A stretch of DNA of 63,194 nucleotides, filler included, from Lenisia limosa (lineage: Eukaryota; Protista; Breviatea): the NCBI GenBank assembly GCA_001655205.1. It is 14 parts of 14 records of this genome, joined end to end, with 100 filler letters (N's around TTAATTAATTAA, not from the genome) between each part and the next. Parts side by side here need not be neighbours in the genome. Positions count along the whole stretch, not along the records: positions 35,560 to 52,120 come from LPNZ01010379.1; positions 52,221 to 57,238 come from LPNZ01005420.1; 12 more parts are not named here. The stretch is one strand, 5' to 3'. Positions within the stretch are counted from its first letter, which is position 1; every line of letters begins with the position of its first letter. Both the position numbers and the translations under genes were made by a program. Below the pieces are notes generated by a model. It saw only the letters and a program-made list of their open reading frames with translations. It did not search any database and was not told the origin of the DNA. Below, piece by piece: positions 39,530-52,410 of this stretch.

Positions 39530-42490
39530 CATGGATCGCTTTGCAGCTCTTTTTGGATTTCACAGCAGCACTTCTTTTGGCGTTTTTAATACTACTTTGG
39601 CAGAAGCCGCATTTGGATAACTTTAAGTTGGTACTTCACAATAGACATGGATCATGGTCATGGATCGCTTCTCGCCTGTTTTTCACCCATTCTCTCAACA
39701 TTACGTTGGCAAGGAATGCTTTGGATAACGTTCAGAATTGTTTTGGGAATAGCTTTATGGACAAATTAAATCGTTTGTAATTCGGAATTTAATTCTCATA
39801 ACTTCACTTTGGCATCAGCCGTATTTTGGATAACTTTCAGTTGGTACTTCACATTAGACATGGATTGCTTCTCGCCTGTTTTTCACCCCGCTCAACACTT
39901 TGGCAAGGAATACTTTGGATAATTTTCAGTATTATTTTCGGCATAGCTTTATCGACATTACACATCGTTTGTAACTCGGATTTTAATACTCATTTCTTCA
40001 CTTTGGCGTAAGCCACATTTGGATAACTTTCAGTTGGTACTTCACATTAGACATGGATCACCCCGTTCTCTCAACACTTCTTTGGCAAGAAATACTTTGG
40101 GCAACTTTCAGAATTATTTTCGGCATAGCTTTATCGACACTTTAAATCGTTTGTAATTCGGATTTTAATTCTCATAACTTCACTTTGGCATCAGCCACAT
40201 TTGGATAACTTTCAGTTGGTACTTCACATTAGACATGGATCACCCCGTTCTCTCAACACTACTTTGACAAGAAAAACTTTGGGTAACTTTCAGAATTATT
40301 GTTGGCATTGCGTTATCGACAGTTTGCATTTTGTAACTCGGATCATAATACTCATAACTTCACTTTGGCATAAGCTGCATTTGGATAACTTTTAGTTGGT
40401 ACTTCACATTACAAACGAAATACATTAGACATGAATATCTTCTCGCCCATTTTTCACCCCATTCTCTCAACATCACTTTGGCAAGGAATACTTTGGATAA
40501 CTTTCAGAATTGTTTTCGGCATAGCTTTATCGACACTTTAAATCGGTTGTAATTCGGATGTTAATACTTCACTTCGGCATCAGCCGTATTTTGGATTACT
40601 TCCAGTTCTTCACATTAGACATGGATCGCATCTGACCCGTTTTTCACCCCGTTCTCTCAACATTTGGCAAGGAATACTTTGGATAACTTTCAGAATTGTT
40701 TTCGTCATTGCTTTATCGACACTTCGTTTGTAACTCGGATTTGGAATACTCTTAACTTCACTTTGGCATAAGCTGCATTTGGATAACTTTCAGTTGGTAC
40801 TTCACATTAGACATGGATCGCTTCTCGCCCGTTTTNNNNNNNNNNNNNNNNNNNNNNNNNNNNNNNNNNNNNNNNNNNNNNNNNNNNNNNNNNNNNNNNN
40901 NNNNNNNNNNNNNNNNNNNNNNNNNNNNNNNNNNNNNNNNNNNNNNNNNNNNNNNNNNNNNAATACTCATACTTCACTTTGGCATAAGCGTTTGGATAAC
41001 TTTCAGTTGGTACTTCACATTTGAGCTCGCCCGTCTTTCACCCCGCTCAACACTTTGGCAAGGAATACTTTGGATAACTTTCAGAATTGTTTTTCGTAAT
41101 AGCTTCGACACTTTACATTGTTTGTAATTCGGATTTAAATTCTCATAGCTTCACTTTGGCATCAGCCACATTTGGATAACTTTCAGTTGGTACTTCACAT
41201 TAGACATGGATCGCTTCTCGCCCGTTTTATTACCCGATTTTCTCACATCACTTTGGCAAGGAATACTTTGGATAACTTTCAGAATTGTTTTCGGCATAGC
41301 TCTATCGACACTTTACATCGTTTGTGTCTAGGATATTTAATTATTATACTTCACTTTGGCATCAGCCACATTTGGATAACTTTCAGTTGGTACTTCACAT
41401 TTGAGCTCGCCCGTCTTTCACCCCCCTCAACACTTTGGCAAGGAATACTTTGGGATAACTTTCAGAATTGTTTTCGACATAGCTCTATCGACACTTTACA
41501 TCGTTTGTGTCAAGGATATTTAATTATTATACTTCACTTTGGCATCAGCCACATTTGGATAACTTTCAGTTGGTCCTTCACATTTGACATGGATCGCTTC
41601 TCGCCCGTTTTTTTACCCGATTTTCTCACATCACTTTGGCAAGGAATACTTTGGATGACTTTCAGAATTGTTTTTGGCGTAGCTTTATCGACACTTGCAT
41701 CGTTTGTATCTTGGATTTTAATACTCTTAACTTTGGCATAAGCTACATTTGGGCAAGAAATACTTTAGATAACTTTCAGAATTGTTTTCGGCATAGCTCT
41801 ATCGACACTTTACATCGTTTGTATCTAGGATTTCAATACTCATAACTTCACCTTGGCATAAGCTGCCCTTGGATAACCTTCAGTGGTATTAGACATGGAT
41901 CATCCCGTTCTCTCAACATTACTGTGGCAAGGATTTCTTTGGATAACTTTCAGAATTGTTTTCGACATAGCTTTATCGACACTTTACATCGGTTGTATCT
42001 AGGATTTCAATACTCATAACTTCACTTTGGCATAAGCTGCCCTTGGATAACTTTCAGTTGGTACTTCACAGTAGACTTGGATTGCTTCTCGCCCGTTTTT
42101 CACCCCGCTCAGCACTTTGGCAAGGAATACTTTGGATAACTTTCAGAATTGTTTTCGGCATAGCGTTATCGACACTTTACATCCTTTGTAACTCGGATAA
42201 TAAAACTCATAACTTCACTTTGGCATAAGCTGCATTTGGATTACTTTCAGTTGGTACTTCACAAAATTACTTCTCGCCCCCGTTTTTCACGTTCTCTCAA
42301 CATCACTGTGGCAAGGGTTTCTTTGGATAACTTTCAGAATTGTTTTTGGCATAGCTCTATAGGATTTCAATACTCATAACTTCACTTTGGCATCAGCCAC
42401 ATTTGGATTACTTTCAGTTGAACTACATTAGACTTGGATCGCTTCTCACCCGTTAAACACGTTTACGTTCGACATTTCTTTGGCAAGGAA
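39530..42490. repeat. Tandem array of about 15-16 units of 180-210 bp
   Basis: ttggataactttcagttggtacttcac recurs at about 39613, 39826, 40019, 40201, 40381, 40591, 40779, 40992, 41172, 41372, 41560, 41870, 42044, 42236 and 42404. Confidence 0.95.
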
Positions 42491-42618
42491 CTAAATGATT
42501 GCTTACATTTGCGAAACAATATGCAACTATAAATTTTCGTGCAACTAAATGGAATATTGAACTTCTACTTCATTTGATAAATGGGAAACCTCTTCTGCTT
42601 CTATTGGTATTGTTACTT

Positions 42619-43965
42619 TCAGAGTGTTTGCGACACGTTGCTTCTGTCAAATGGTTTGAAGGTGACGGGTTGTTGTTGTTGTTGTTGTTGCCTGTTAAGT
42701 CCCTGACCTGCATGGTCGTTGTGCAGTGGAAGCACAGCAACTTTTTTTTTATCATTTCCTAAAAACAAGAGTTCAAGAGTATTCCATTCTGTAGTAAATT
42801 GGGGCAGATAGAAAAGTTGTAAAAATAGTACACGGGAGAGATCAAGATAAGGTCATATCGAGACAAATACAAACACTAGCTTCTGAAGCTTGTTTTGTCA
42901 CTTCTAGAGGTGTTATAAACACAATACCCCCTCATTTCAATCAAGGTCATATCAGATTGCATATCATCTGTCTGTACGACATGATACTTTAATGCTATTA
43001 TTACAGACATACAATTACATACACAATACATATCGATATGATATCGATGGTATAATAGAGAGGGGTACAGGATTCCTCCAATAATTATGCTCTTAACATG
43101 TCTCATAATAAAACAATCGTATTAGACTTCATTCAAGAATATTACACGATCATTTAAATCGACCCCCCCCCCCGCACACCTTGGATTCATCAGAAGCCAT
43201 GTGAAGCGCGACCTCTGCCTGTGCGTGGCCTTCTTTGGTCCGCTCAGGTTGGATGTTCTTTTCAGCTAAGGAATAACAGACAACAAAGGGAAACATCCAA
43301 ATGAAAGTTAAATTTAATAGTGTAGTAGACACCCACCCCCTTCTCAAACAACAGTACAAAACACTCTGTCTCTATAAATATATATATATATTTTCATATA
43401 GTATATCATATCATATTATCGTCTCATATAATAGTTGCACACTTATTCTCCTCCGAAGACCCCAATATCACATTTCTTATTCCTTCTAATTTGCTTTGAG
43501 AATCTAACAGGAAACTGCAACATAGAGAGTGTGTATATGAGCTATAGCACTGAATAAAAATGATCCGCACGGAACAACCTCAACGGCAAAACACCGGCCA
43601 CAAACCAACAATTTACTTTTGCAGCAGCCTTTGCCGCCTCCATTTCTTCCGGAGTGGCNNNNNNNNNNNNNNNNNNNNNNNNNNNNNNNNNNNNNNNNNN
43701 NNNNNNNNNNNNNNNNNNNNNNNNNNNNNNNNNNNNNNNNNNNNNNNNNNNNNNNNNNNNNNNNNNNNNNNNNNNNNNNNNNNNNNNNNNNNNNNNNNNN
43801 NNNNNNNNNNNNNNNNNNNNNNNNNNNNNNNNNNNNNTACGAGTCTGCGTCAATCTGCCAATCTGCAAGGGTGTAAGTCTATCTATTCAATCACCAACAC
43901 CAAAACAATTCACCAAACAACTTCGTGCCCCGCGTTGGGCCCGCTTTAAAAACACTGGTACAAAT
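42619..43965 (-). CDS. Small multi-exon protein of unknown function
   Basis: Exons ATPEEMEAAKAAAK, AEKNIQPERTKEGHAQAEVALHMASDESK and a probable last exon ..NRQQQQQQPVTFKPFDRSNVSQTL-TGA. Part of the gene is in a gap. Confidence 0.45.
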
Positions 43966-44066
43966 GGGAAGGGGAAGGAAGGGAAAGGGAGAGGGAGAGG
44001 GAAGTCTTTCTTTCTTTCTTTATTACTGTGTTGTACACAGGTTGTACATATAATCACATAATCAAG

Positions 44067-46666
44067 ATGGAGGAATCGATGGAGGGCGTAATTGGAAGTC
44101 TTCGAGTTACAGGTCTGCTCCATCTTGCCATTGGATACACTTTAAACATGTTTTTTCTCTTTTTCTCCCTGAAAATAATGATTTATGGCTTTAGCTGTTG
44201 GAGGAAGGAATTTGGCGAAAAAGGATACCATAGGTTGGCGGTTTTGGTGGCCTTTTTATGATGCTTCTTTTCTCCTCTTTGTTTAAGACAACTAGAAATA
44301 ATATTATTGAAAGAAATGGATATTCATTCCACAAGGAACCAGTGACCCCTATCTCTACCTTCGTCTGGGCAAAGGTACTTTCAAGACCTCTGTCAAGAAG
44401 AGAACCCTGAATCCGAAATGGATGGAACAGGCCATTTTGTGAGTGGATTGACATACTCTCGTCCTTGTAATTTCTCTTGACTCACCTCTGTTATCTTGTG
44501 TAGTGTCTGAACTTTTTTGAAAATAAACACCTCTTTTCATTTGCTGTTTTCTCCTGTAATTCCCAGTATATCATATGTGACCCTTCTTTATTCTTCTAAC
44601 AAGTTTAGCCCAGTGATGAACCTTGACGATGATGTAAGCGAGATTACTTCAAAATGACCATTAGTAACCCGTACTCATTTGCTACTTAAAAGCTTCGGTC
44701 AAATTACTGACCATTCAGTTAAAAATCGAGTGTTATGATTACGATGAAGCCTCAAAGAATGATTTCATGGGGCAGGTAAGGCGAACAAAATTTGTCTTAT
44801 GCTCAAATATTAGGTTTCCATTTCGCTTCATGATCTAACCGACTGTCGAACCCAGTTTGTGGGATTGTCTATTTAGTCTCATTCCCCCTCATAAATAGTA
44901 CCACTTTCACGCTGTAGCTATACATGGCATCGTCTTTTAAAGGGAACCACAAAGGAAACTATGAAGGAGGAAGTCTCCGGTGACATTCTTATCGAGGTTG
45001 AGCTCTCTCTTGTATGATGGGGTAGGGCTGTCTTAGTATTTGTATGGGTGTGGGCAAGCCGATTTATTATTTTGCCTTTTGACGAACTAATGCTTCAGAC
45101 TGAAAGCCTTTCAAAGCTGCAGCACTCTGATGTTCCTCTCAAGAACTTCAGTTTAAATGAGGACGCCAAGCAACTTGTGAGGCTACTGAATACATATATT
45201 CTTCAATCATTTAAGCGGTCTTCTAATAGTTTTAGACCAGTAATCTGAAGCCCCTGATTAGCTTTATTCAATGGAGCGTTGCTCTTGTCAGATGGGACTA
45301 TCCTATCTTATCAGCCGTTGCCACTTTGGTTTGAGGGCTAGCTCACAACCACAGCACAAAATAATATTCTTTTCAATTTTGAAAAATGATTAGTTATTGT
45401 AATCCTGAATTAAGCCTTGCATTGTCATTACGTGTAGACACTTCTCAGCCTTGCGTACCACAACCTTCTCCTTGCTGCTATCCCCTTTGCTGGCCTTGTG
45501 GTGCTCGTCAAAACTTTGATCATTTCCATTCAGACTATTCCAGAGAATAGAGCACATCAGATCTTTATCGGTGCAGGGGTGTTTAATGACGTATCATAGT
45601 TACTGTATTTGTGAAGTGACACTGTTCTATATAGTATTGTACAGTATACTACAATACAAAGAGAACGCAGAAGGCCAAACTTACAGTTTCAGAGCCAATC
45701 AAGAAGAACTCACCTTGGGAGCCTCGTAAGCCGCACCTCATCCAGTAAGCATAAGTGGCGAGTTGTGTATTCAACACGTGGACCTATTGTTTGCAATAAT
45801 CTTATTTTGGTTCAGTTCTGAGAATCCAACGTTGCGAGACATTGCCTCAACAGTCCACCATATCCAAGTGCACATCAAAAAAATGAACCGTTTCCTCACC
45901 AGGTTTTGGTAGTATGTGGGGTGTTTTAAACAGCCAAAATATGACGTTGTTTTGATTCTCTTCAGTATGACTACTTGGCGTGAACCCCTTCTTTCTGGGT
46001 GTTTGGTTGTGTTAGTTGTGACCATGATTGCCATTGCTGCGACTCAGCCCGGACATCTTTGCATTACTGCCCTAAGTAAGTGGAGGTTTTGCACTGCACT
46101 CTTAGTGTTTAATAGTTCCAAAGCAGTGAGTTGAGGCAGTCCAGTGATGTGTATCCTTCATAGTTTATATTCTCTACTATAAGATTGTATTTAGATGCAT
46201 TGTATACTTTTCCTCCATCCAGGTATAATCGTTTTTTGACATTTCTAGTTCTAATAGGGATGTCGATTGCTCCATTGTACCGCTATGGTCCGTTCTGCTC
46301 GCGATTCTTTGATGTGAGCAGTGGTGTGTCTTTCGCTGATGTTTGCAACAAGCCATCACAGAGTCATGGACACTATGTTGATTTGCTATCTCTATTACCC
46401 ATACATCCAGAATCTCATAAAGTTTGGTGGTTTTCACGTATTTGACGGTTGACTATTTAGGAACTGTTGAAGCTTTGGGATGAGATGGGAGAGAGAATGG
46501 ATGAGGACGAGCGAAGACTGGTGGAGGTTTGGGGTGGTAAATGTGGTTGCGTCTTTGGTCTTCGTACTAGGCTGAAGTCTTTTCCAATACTCCACAATCT
46601 TCATACAATCAGCTTGTGACTAAGCCTGTGGAATCTGCACCCAAGGTGGAACCAGTGGAGGAGTAG
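44067..46666 (+). CDS. C2-domain membrane protein with an MCTP/PRT_C-like C-terminus
   Basis: LRVT|AVGGRNLAKKDTI|GTSDPY..KTSVKKRTLNPKW..LKIECYDYDEASKNDFMGQV is a C2 domain. It is followed by VRWDYPILS, hydrophobic segments and HIQVHIKKM..TWREPLLS. Confidence 0.78.
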
Positions 46667-46980
46667 AGTGTTTCTTTTTTCTTGATTAGTAGTTTTCTTC
46701 TTTTTGTATATGCATTTGCTTTTGTCATTCAGCCAAACTGCAGCCAAATGCCCGCAAATGCCATTTGGATCGCTCCAACTACGCTATCCTAGGGGGAGGG
46801 GGGAGCGTTATCAAGTAATATCCCAAGGTATTAACAGGAATCAGCGTCGGCGCCGGAGATATTTTTTACCGCCAAAATTGTTTATTTCAGATAAACGCAA
46901 AGAGCAAAGAGAGCCTCCAAAGTAGTAATTCTTGTGTTTATTATATTTTTTTGTTCTATTAGTACTTAACATAACTGAAA

Positions 46981-48808
46981 ATGGGGGAGGAAACAGACTC
47001 TCCTCCTCCTCCTAAAGTGAATATCATAAACGTAGGGCAAGTAGTCAGTATTTATGAACTAATTTACTGTATTTAGGTTTGGGAAGACAATTTAGAAGAG
47101 GAAATGAAAAGAATTAGGGATGTTGTGGAAGACTATCCTTATGTTTCAATGGTATGGGTATTCTGTTTCGGTTTTAGTGTAACTATCGCCCTTATTCAGG
47201 ACACTGAATTCCCTGGAGTGGTTGCCAGACCGTGTAGCTCCATTAGACCACAAAACAAAAACCAGTATCAAACCCTCAGAGTAAATGTTGACATGCTAAG
47301 CATTATTCAGGTGTGTTTTTGGTCTTTTTTGAGATAGGTTGCTTACAGCTTCCCAGATTGGACTTGTTTTTGCTGACAAAGACGGCAACTTCCCTCCTGA
47401 TGCCGCTTGCTGGCAGTTTAACTTCAAATTTTCACTAGAGTTGGCATTTTATCGTTTTGTTTTATATAACCCTGTCTTTAGTTCCAACATGTACTCTGAG
47501 GACTCTATCGATCTCTTGCGAAAAGCGGGTATGTTTGTGCTTTTATCAATGGTTAACAGGAGTTTGTACTGTTATAATATGGACATTTCATTTTGTCTTC
47601 GTGAACACACTAATTCCTATCAATTGATTTCTGCCTGTTGATTTGTTGATTGACGTTTTTTTTTTTTTTTTTTAAAGCCCATTCCGGGGGTAATACCTNN
47701 NNNNNNNNTGTTGCAACTATGTCATTCTCCAGGTATTGATTTCTCGGAACACGAAAAAAATGGAATAGACTCAACCTATTTTGGAGAACTCTTAATTGTA
47801 GGACCTGATATTACTTTCACAGTTTTCTTTTCGTTAGTCAACTTGTTTTATTATTTTTCAGTCACATCCAAATCATTTACCCCCCCCCCCCACANNNNNN
47901 NNNNNNNNNNNNNNNNNNNNNNNNNNNNNNNNNNNNNNNNNNNNNNNNNNNNNNNNNNNNNNCATTCGGGTTACGATTTCGGGTATCTCCTGAAGGCTGT
48001 CACGGGGTATGAAGGGATTAGAGGTGAAGGTGATCAAAGTAATGAAGAACGATTTGGTTTAGCAATCTTTTGGGTTCACCAGTCATTTCTTAGCGACGTG
48101 ATGCCTTCTCAAGAATCAAAATTCTACAGTCTTCTCCACCTCTACTTCCCCAACGTATATGATATCAAAGTAGGGTTAAAAGATGCTCTTCATACTGTTC
48201 ATTCCGAGATTTTAAAAGTTATTGAATGGAAGAGAAATATACACCACAATTTTTCACACTCAGTACATCATGAAATCGCTCCCTCAATTCAAGGGAGGTC
48301 TTCAAGACNNNNNNNNNNNNNNNNNNNNNNNNNNNNNNNNNNNNNNNNNNNNNNNNNNNNNNNNNNNNNNNNNNNNNNNNNNNNNNNNNNNNNNNNNNNN
48401 NNNNNNNNNNNNNNNNNNNNNNNNNNNNNNNNNNNNNNNNNNNNNNNNNNNNNNNNNNNNNNNNNNNGGAGCCATTAACCACACCGCCTCATTTGTTTCC
48501 AGGTGGAGCGTATTGGTATCCAGCATCAGGCCGGCAGTGACAGTATACTCACCCACTCGGTCTTCTTCAAAGTAAGAGGCGTTTACTATGCTGTTTATTC
48601 AATTGTTATTGTGACCGTTTAGTTACGAGATAACCACATGAAGAATCAAGATCAGGAAGGATTTATTGGAACTTTGGTAAGCTCAATCCTCGAACTTGCA
48701 TGTTATTGTGTATTTCCTCGCAGTGCCCGTCATAATCTCATTCCGTAGTATGGTTTAAACCGTCCGGGGACACGACCGCCGCAAATTGGTTCTCCTCCAT
48801 TATTGTAG
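46981..48808 (+). CDS. CAF1: CCR4-NOT deadenylase CAF1/POP2/CNOT7
   Basis: VWEDNLEEE..YPYVSM|DTEFPGVVARP, YQTLRVNVD, WQFNFKF, HSGYDFGYLLK, YDIKY, GGLQD and QHQAGSDS (DEDD nuclease); ATG at 46981, TAG at 48806-48808. Confidence 0.97.
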
Positions 48809-49399
48809 ACTTGTAAATTAATAAAAAAAATAAAAATCTGATTTCATTCAGCAGCCTACAATGTTCACAAAATTGTATCCAAGAAATGTGAAAGAAAGAC
48901 CCCATTCTAAATAACTTATTCTGGGTTTTAAATCGGAGCTCTCTTCATAAAATGACAAAGTGAATGTGGTCAGGCTTCTTTCCATGGTTGCCATGTTTCC
49001 TGGGTATCATTCTATAACATTAGCAAGTGTCGTTACACAGTCAGAAATATGTAGAGATGAGAAATATAAATCATGCTTATTAGAGATATTGGATTGAGAT
49101 AGAGAAATACAAGGTTGCATGTACATCTGGCCTGCCGAAGATACTTTCAATTCACCCAATCATTTGACTTATACCTCACAGCTTTCTGCGTGCCTCCCCA
49201 TCAAACGAAATGTGCTTATGCTAATACTATTTTCTCTTGTTCTTCTCTTCACCAACTGCCTTTTAACTCTCCTCAGTGTAAGGATAATATGATGAACAGA
49301 TTGACCCACAAACTTCAAACCCAGGTGCTGCTCCTTGTTTATAATGCTTACGAAATCTAAAGAAATAACCTTTGTACAATATGCAATTGATAACAGCAG

Positions 49400-51138
49400 G
49401 ATACTCTCATGTCGGGGCATTCAAAGTACCTTGGTTTTTGGCCTTGTTCGCAGTAGGAAGCTGCCAAATCGTTTTCAGAGGGCCGCTTGGAAAAGTACCT
49501 CTTCCGGAAAACTGCCAAAATGTTTCGAATACTAAAGCAATTAAATGGTTTATTCTCTCACTCCTCTCCTACATATGAACCAATTGTGGGGAATGCTTTG
49601 CAGTTGTGACACAGAGCAAAATAATAACGGCCAGAGATCCATAAAGGACAAAGTAGGATATAAGGAACGATGAAGAATCTAACATGGTTCCCGTTATATC
49701 GAACGAAAACGAGATCCTCTATATAGTCAGGAGGAATCATATGTTACAAAGTAACATAAGGGTTATTTGTATTTAAAAGTTGGTATTTGGGTAAAAGAGT
49801 AAACAAGTATTACCATACAATGCCAGCAGAGAAATACAACTGTAGAGTAAGCTATTTTTTTTTAGAATCCGCCCGCTAAACACACTCACAATTGGGTGTT
49901 CTGTTCTATCTCCAAGACCATCAGGAAAATCTGTTCAGCAGTCAGTCGAAATCCAAAATAAAGAGTAATTGTAACACATGGAGGTGAATCGTAGGTGGGG
50001 GTTCCACCAAATAAACGAGCTTATAAAGGGTCTTGCTCAAGTCTTACTGCGTTATTTGTAAGTAAAAGTGAAGCATTTATGCAACTCTGGAATACACAAT
50101 TGCAGAATCAAAGTCAAAAACTGATTGATTTTGCGTTGACTGACTATTGATGTTACAAAATTCAGTAATGTAATGAAATATGCACTTTTGAGAATTGGAA
50201 AAGTGTAAACTTGGATGATGGTCGGACCTCCATCCTTGATCTTATTTTACCTCCAGAGTAACATGATTTATGAAACCAACATTTTGGGGACACAATGACG
50301 TTTGTTATTGTGAAGGTCTTTCCTTCTGTTGATGACAAATAGCCAAGAAACTGCTTGTTTTCAGTCTAATTGCTTGTTAAAATTCAATAGCTCAAGTATT
50401 AAAACCATCCCAAACTTACAATAAAATGAATACTGAACTCCTCTATGTGCCTTCCGTCGCCCTTTAAAATGTACCATGGGCTTGTGAGACAGTTACCAAA
50501 CTGGAATTGCCTGCGTGGTGAGCTCACAATTCAAATTGGCTGAACGAATGGGGGCTTTTGAGAAAACTGTGTGTCAACCTCTCACCAACATTTTGATGGT
50601 TTTATCATAGATGTCTGGGTAAGGAAAGTCGATTTCCATCACATGGTCGGATCCTACAATGGAACTCAATAAGAAACTTATCGAAGAATTGTAAAATGTA
50701 TCTTCAACCCCTAGAAACATCCATTTATCCATATGATTATCAGAAAAAAAAAAAAAAAATGAAATGAAATTTAAATGAAATTTACTTTTGAAAAAAAAAA
50801 AAAACACACCTATTTCGACAACTTGTCCACCAAGCAAGAGACTCCAGTCTGAGCTTGCCTAAATAGGAGTGAAAAAGAATAAGAAGCTGCCAATCAAGTA
50901 GAGAGGCAAATCATTAGAGATACACTGGCGCAAAAGCACACAAACAAACAACTGATTCATTCTTAAATTTAAGTCCACCGACCCTATCCGCACTTCCTCC
51001 TCCAGCAACAAGAAGCTTCTTTTTGATGATCAAGTTTTCACCGTAGTTTGCAGAAATATCACATCCTGCCGCAGATACCGAATTCAATAAACCATATAAG
51101 TATAAAACGGTAAGAAGAGCCGTGAGAAGAGCTTTCAT
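49400..51138 (-). CDS. Predicted secreted or single-pass membrane protein of unknown function
   Basis: Signal-peptide-like start MKALLTALLTVLYLYGLLNSVSA; spliced exons; a hydrophobic segment near 49.65 kb followed by a basic tail (FRKRYFSKRP). Confidence 0.5.
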
Positions 51139-51349
51139 TTTACTGGTTTCTGGAATACGCAGCCCTCAACTACTTATTTTTTTCATTTATTATTTTATAT
51201 ATTATTATTATCATTTGATCATCTATCTCCTATATCCCACTAATCCATCGGTCTCTCACTTGTTTTATAGATAAGAATCTGGGATAACGGAAGTAAAGGT
51301 CTTCATTAAAACCTTTTTTTTTCAAATTTGCCACCCTTTCATGAATAAA

Positions 51350-52120
51350 ATGGCACCTCAGTTTATCCACGACGAAGTTAAGGCGGATTTCGCTACCTGT
51401 GATAAGGTTGGTGGTTTTGAACCTTGTCATGATCTCCCAGGTCAATGACGGCTCTACCGAGGCTGTTCGCAAGCTTATTGACCACACTATTCTCAAGCCC
51501 TTCACCACTCCCCAGAGTTGGCAGGAGCGCTTTGTTTTTTTTTTGTTCTGTGAAATCTTTTCGTCTCCTTTGCCTTTCACCTTGTTTAGTGGTCATTGAC
51601 ATCTGTAACGAAGCTATTGAGAACAAGTTCAGAGCTGTCTGTATCCCCCCTTGTTACGTCAAGACTGCTGCGGAGGCTTTGAAGGACACCCCTGATGTAG
51701 GAAGCTAAAAACAAGCTAGGACTACGATATCATTATTAATATAGCAAAGAATGTGCAGTTTGAGTTGGCCCAAAATATTTATTATTCCTCAAATAATCCC
51801 TCTTAGGTTATGGTCTGTACTGTGATTGGCTTCCCCAATGGCTACAACACCCTTGAGGTAGGTGACTCTGTCAAATGCAAACGACAGGACTTATTTGGAA
51901 AAGGCGAACAGTTTAGCCCGATTAGTACTCCTTTTGTTTACATGTGTTTTTATTATTATTATTCATGCTATTGATTTGATATCCCCAAAAAAGCATAATA
52001 ATACTATACACAACAAAGTCTTGATTGACCCCTTCCCTCCCCCAGTCTAAGGCCTTCGAGACTAAGCAGGCTGTTGAGGATGGTGCTGACGAGGTCGACT
52101 ATGTACAGAACGTCGGACAT
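51350..52120 (+). CDS. deoC: Deoxyribose-phosphate aldolase, bacterial-type DeoC (3' truncated)
   Basis: LIDHTILKP, AVCIPP.YV, VCTVIGFPNG, KAFETKQAVEDGADEVDYV; four GT-AG introns. Confidence 0.95.
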
Positions 52121-52410
52121 NNNNNNNNNNNNNNNNNNNNNNNNNNNNNNNNNNNNNNNNNNNNTTAATTAATTAANNNNNNNNNNNNNNNNNNNNNNNN
52201 NNNNNNNNNNNNNNNNNNNNCAACACCGCATCCAGGTAAACGAAACAGTTCTTCTATAATCCAAAGAAACACGTTCAGGATATAACCCACCAAATAAAAA
52301 AAATCCATCAAAAAAAAAAATCCTCCAAAAATGATCATGCAACAAAAATCAAAATAAAGAGGCCCAAACCATCATCGCAAAATAATAATAGTAAAATAAC
52401 AGTCTCCAAC

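Noticed and set aside
41172-41741. 189-aa ORF and neighbouring ORFs in the array as a repeat protein
   Set aside because: Unit lengths vary by non-multiples of three, frames shift between units and there is no splice structure.
39530-42490. Tandem array as a CRISPR array
   Set aside because: The sequence between the conserved cores is itself repeated. There are no unique spacers and no cas genes, and the context is eukaryotic.
43180-43270. Short-chain dehydrogenase call from VALHMASDESK
   Set aside because: Only one short motif matches; no GxxxGxG or YxxxK was found and part of the gene is in a gap.
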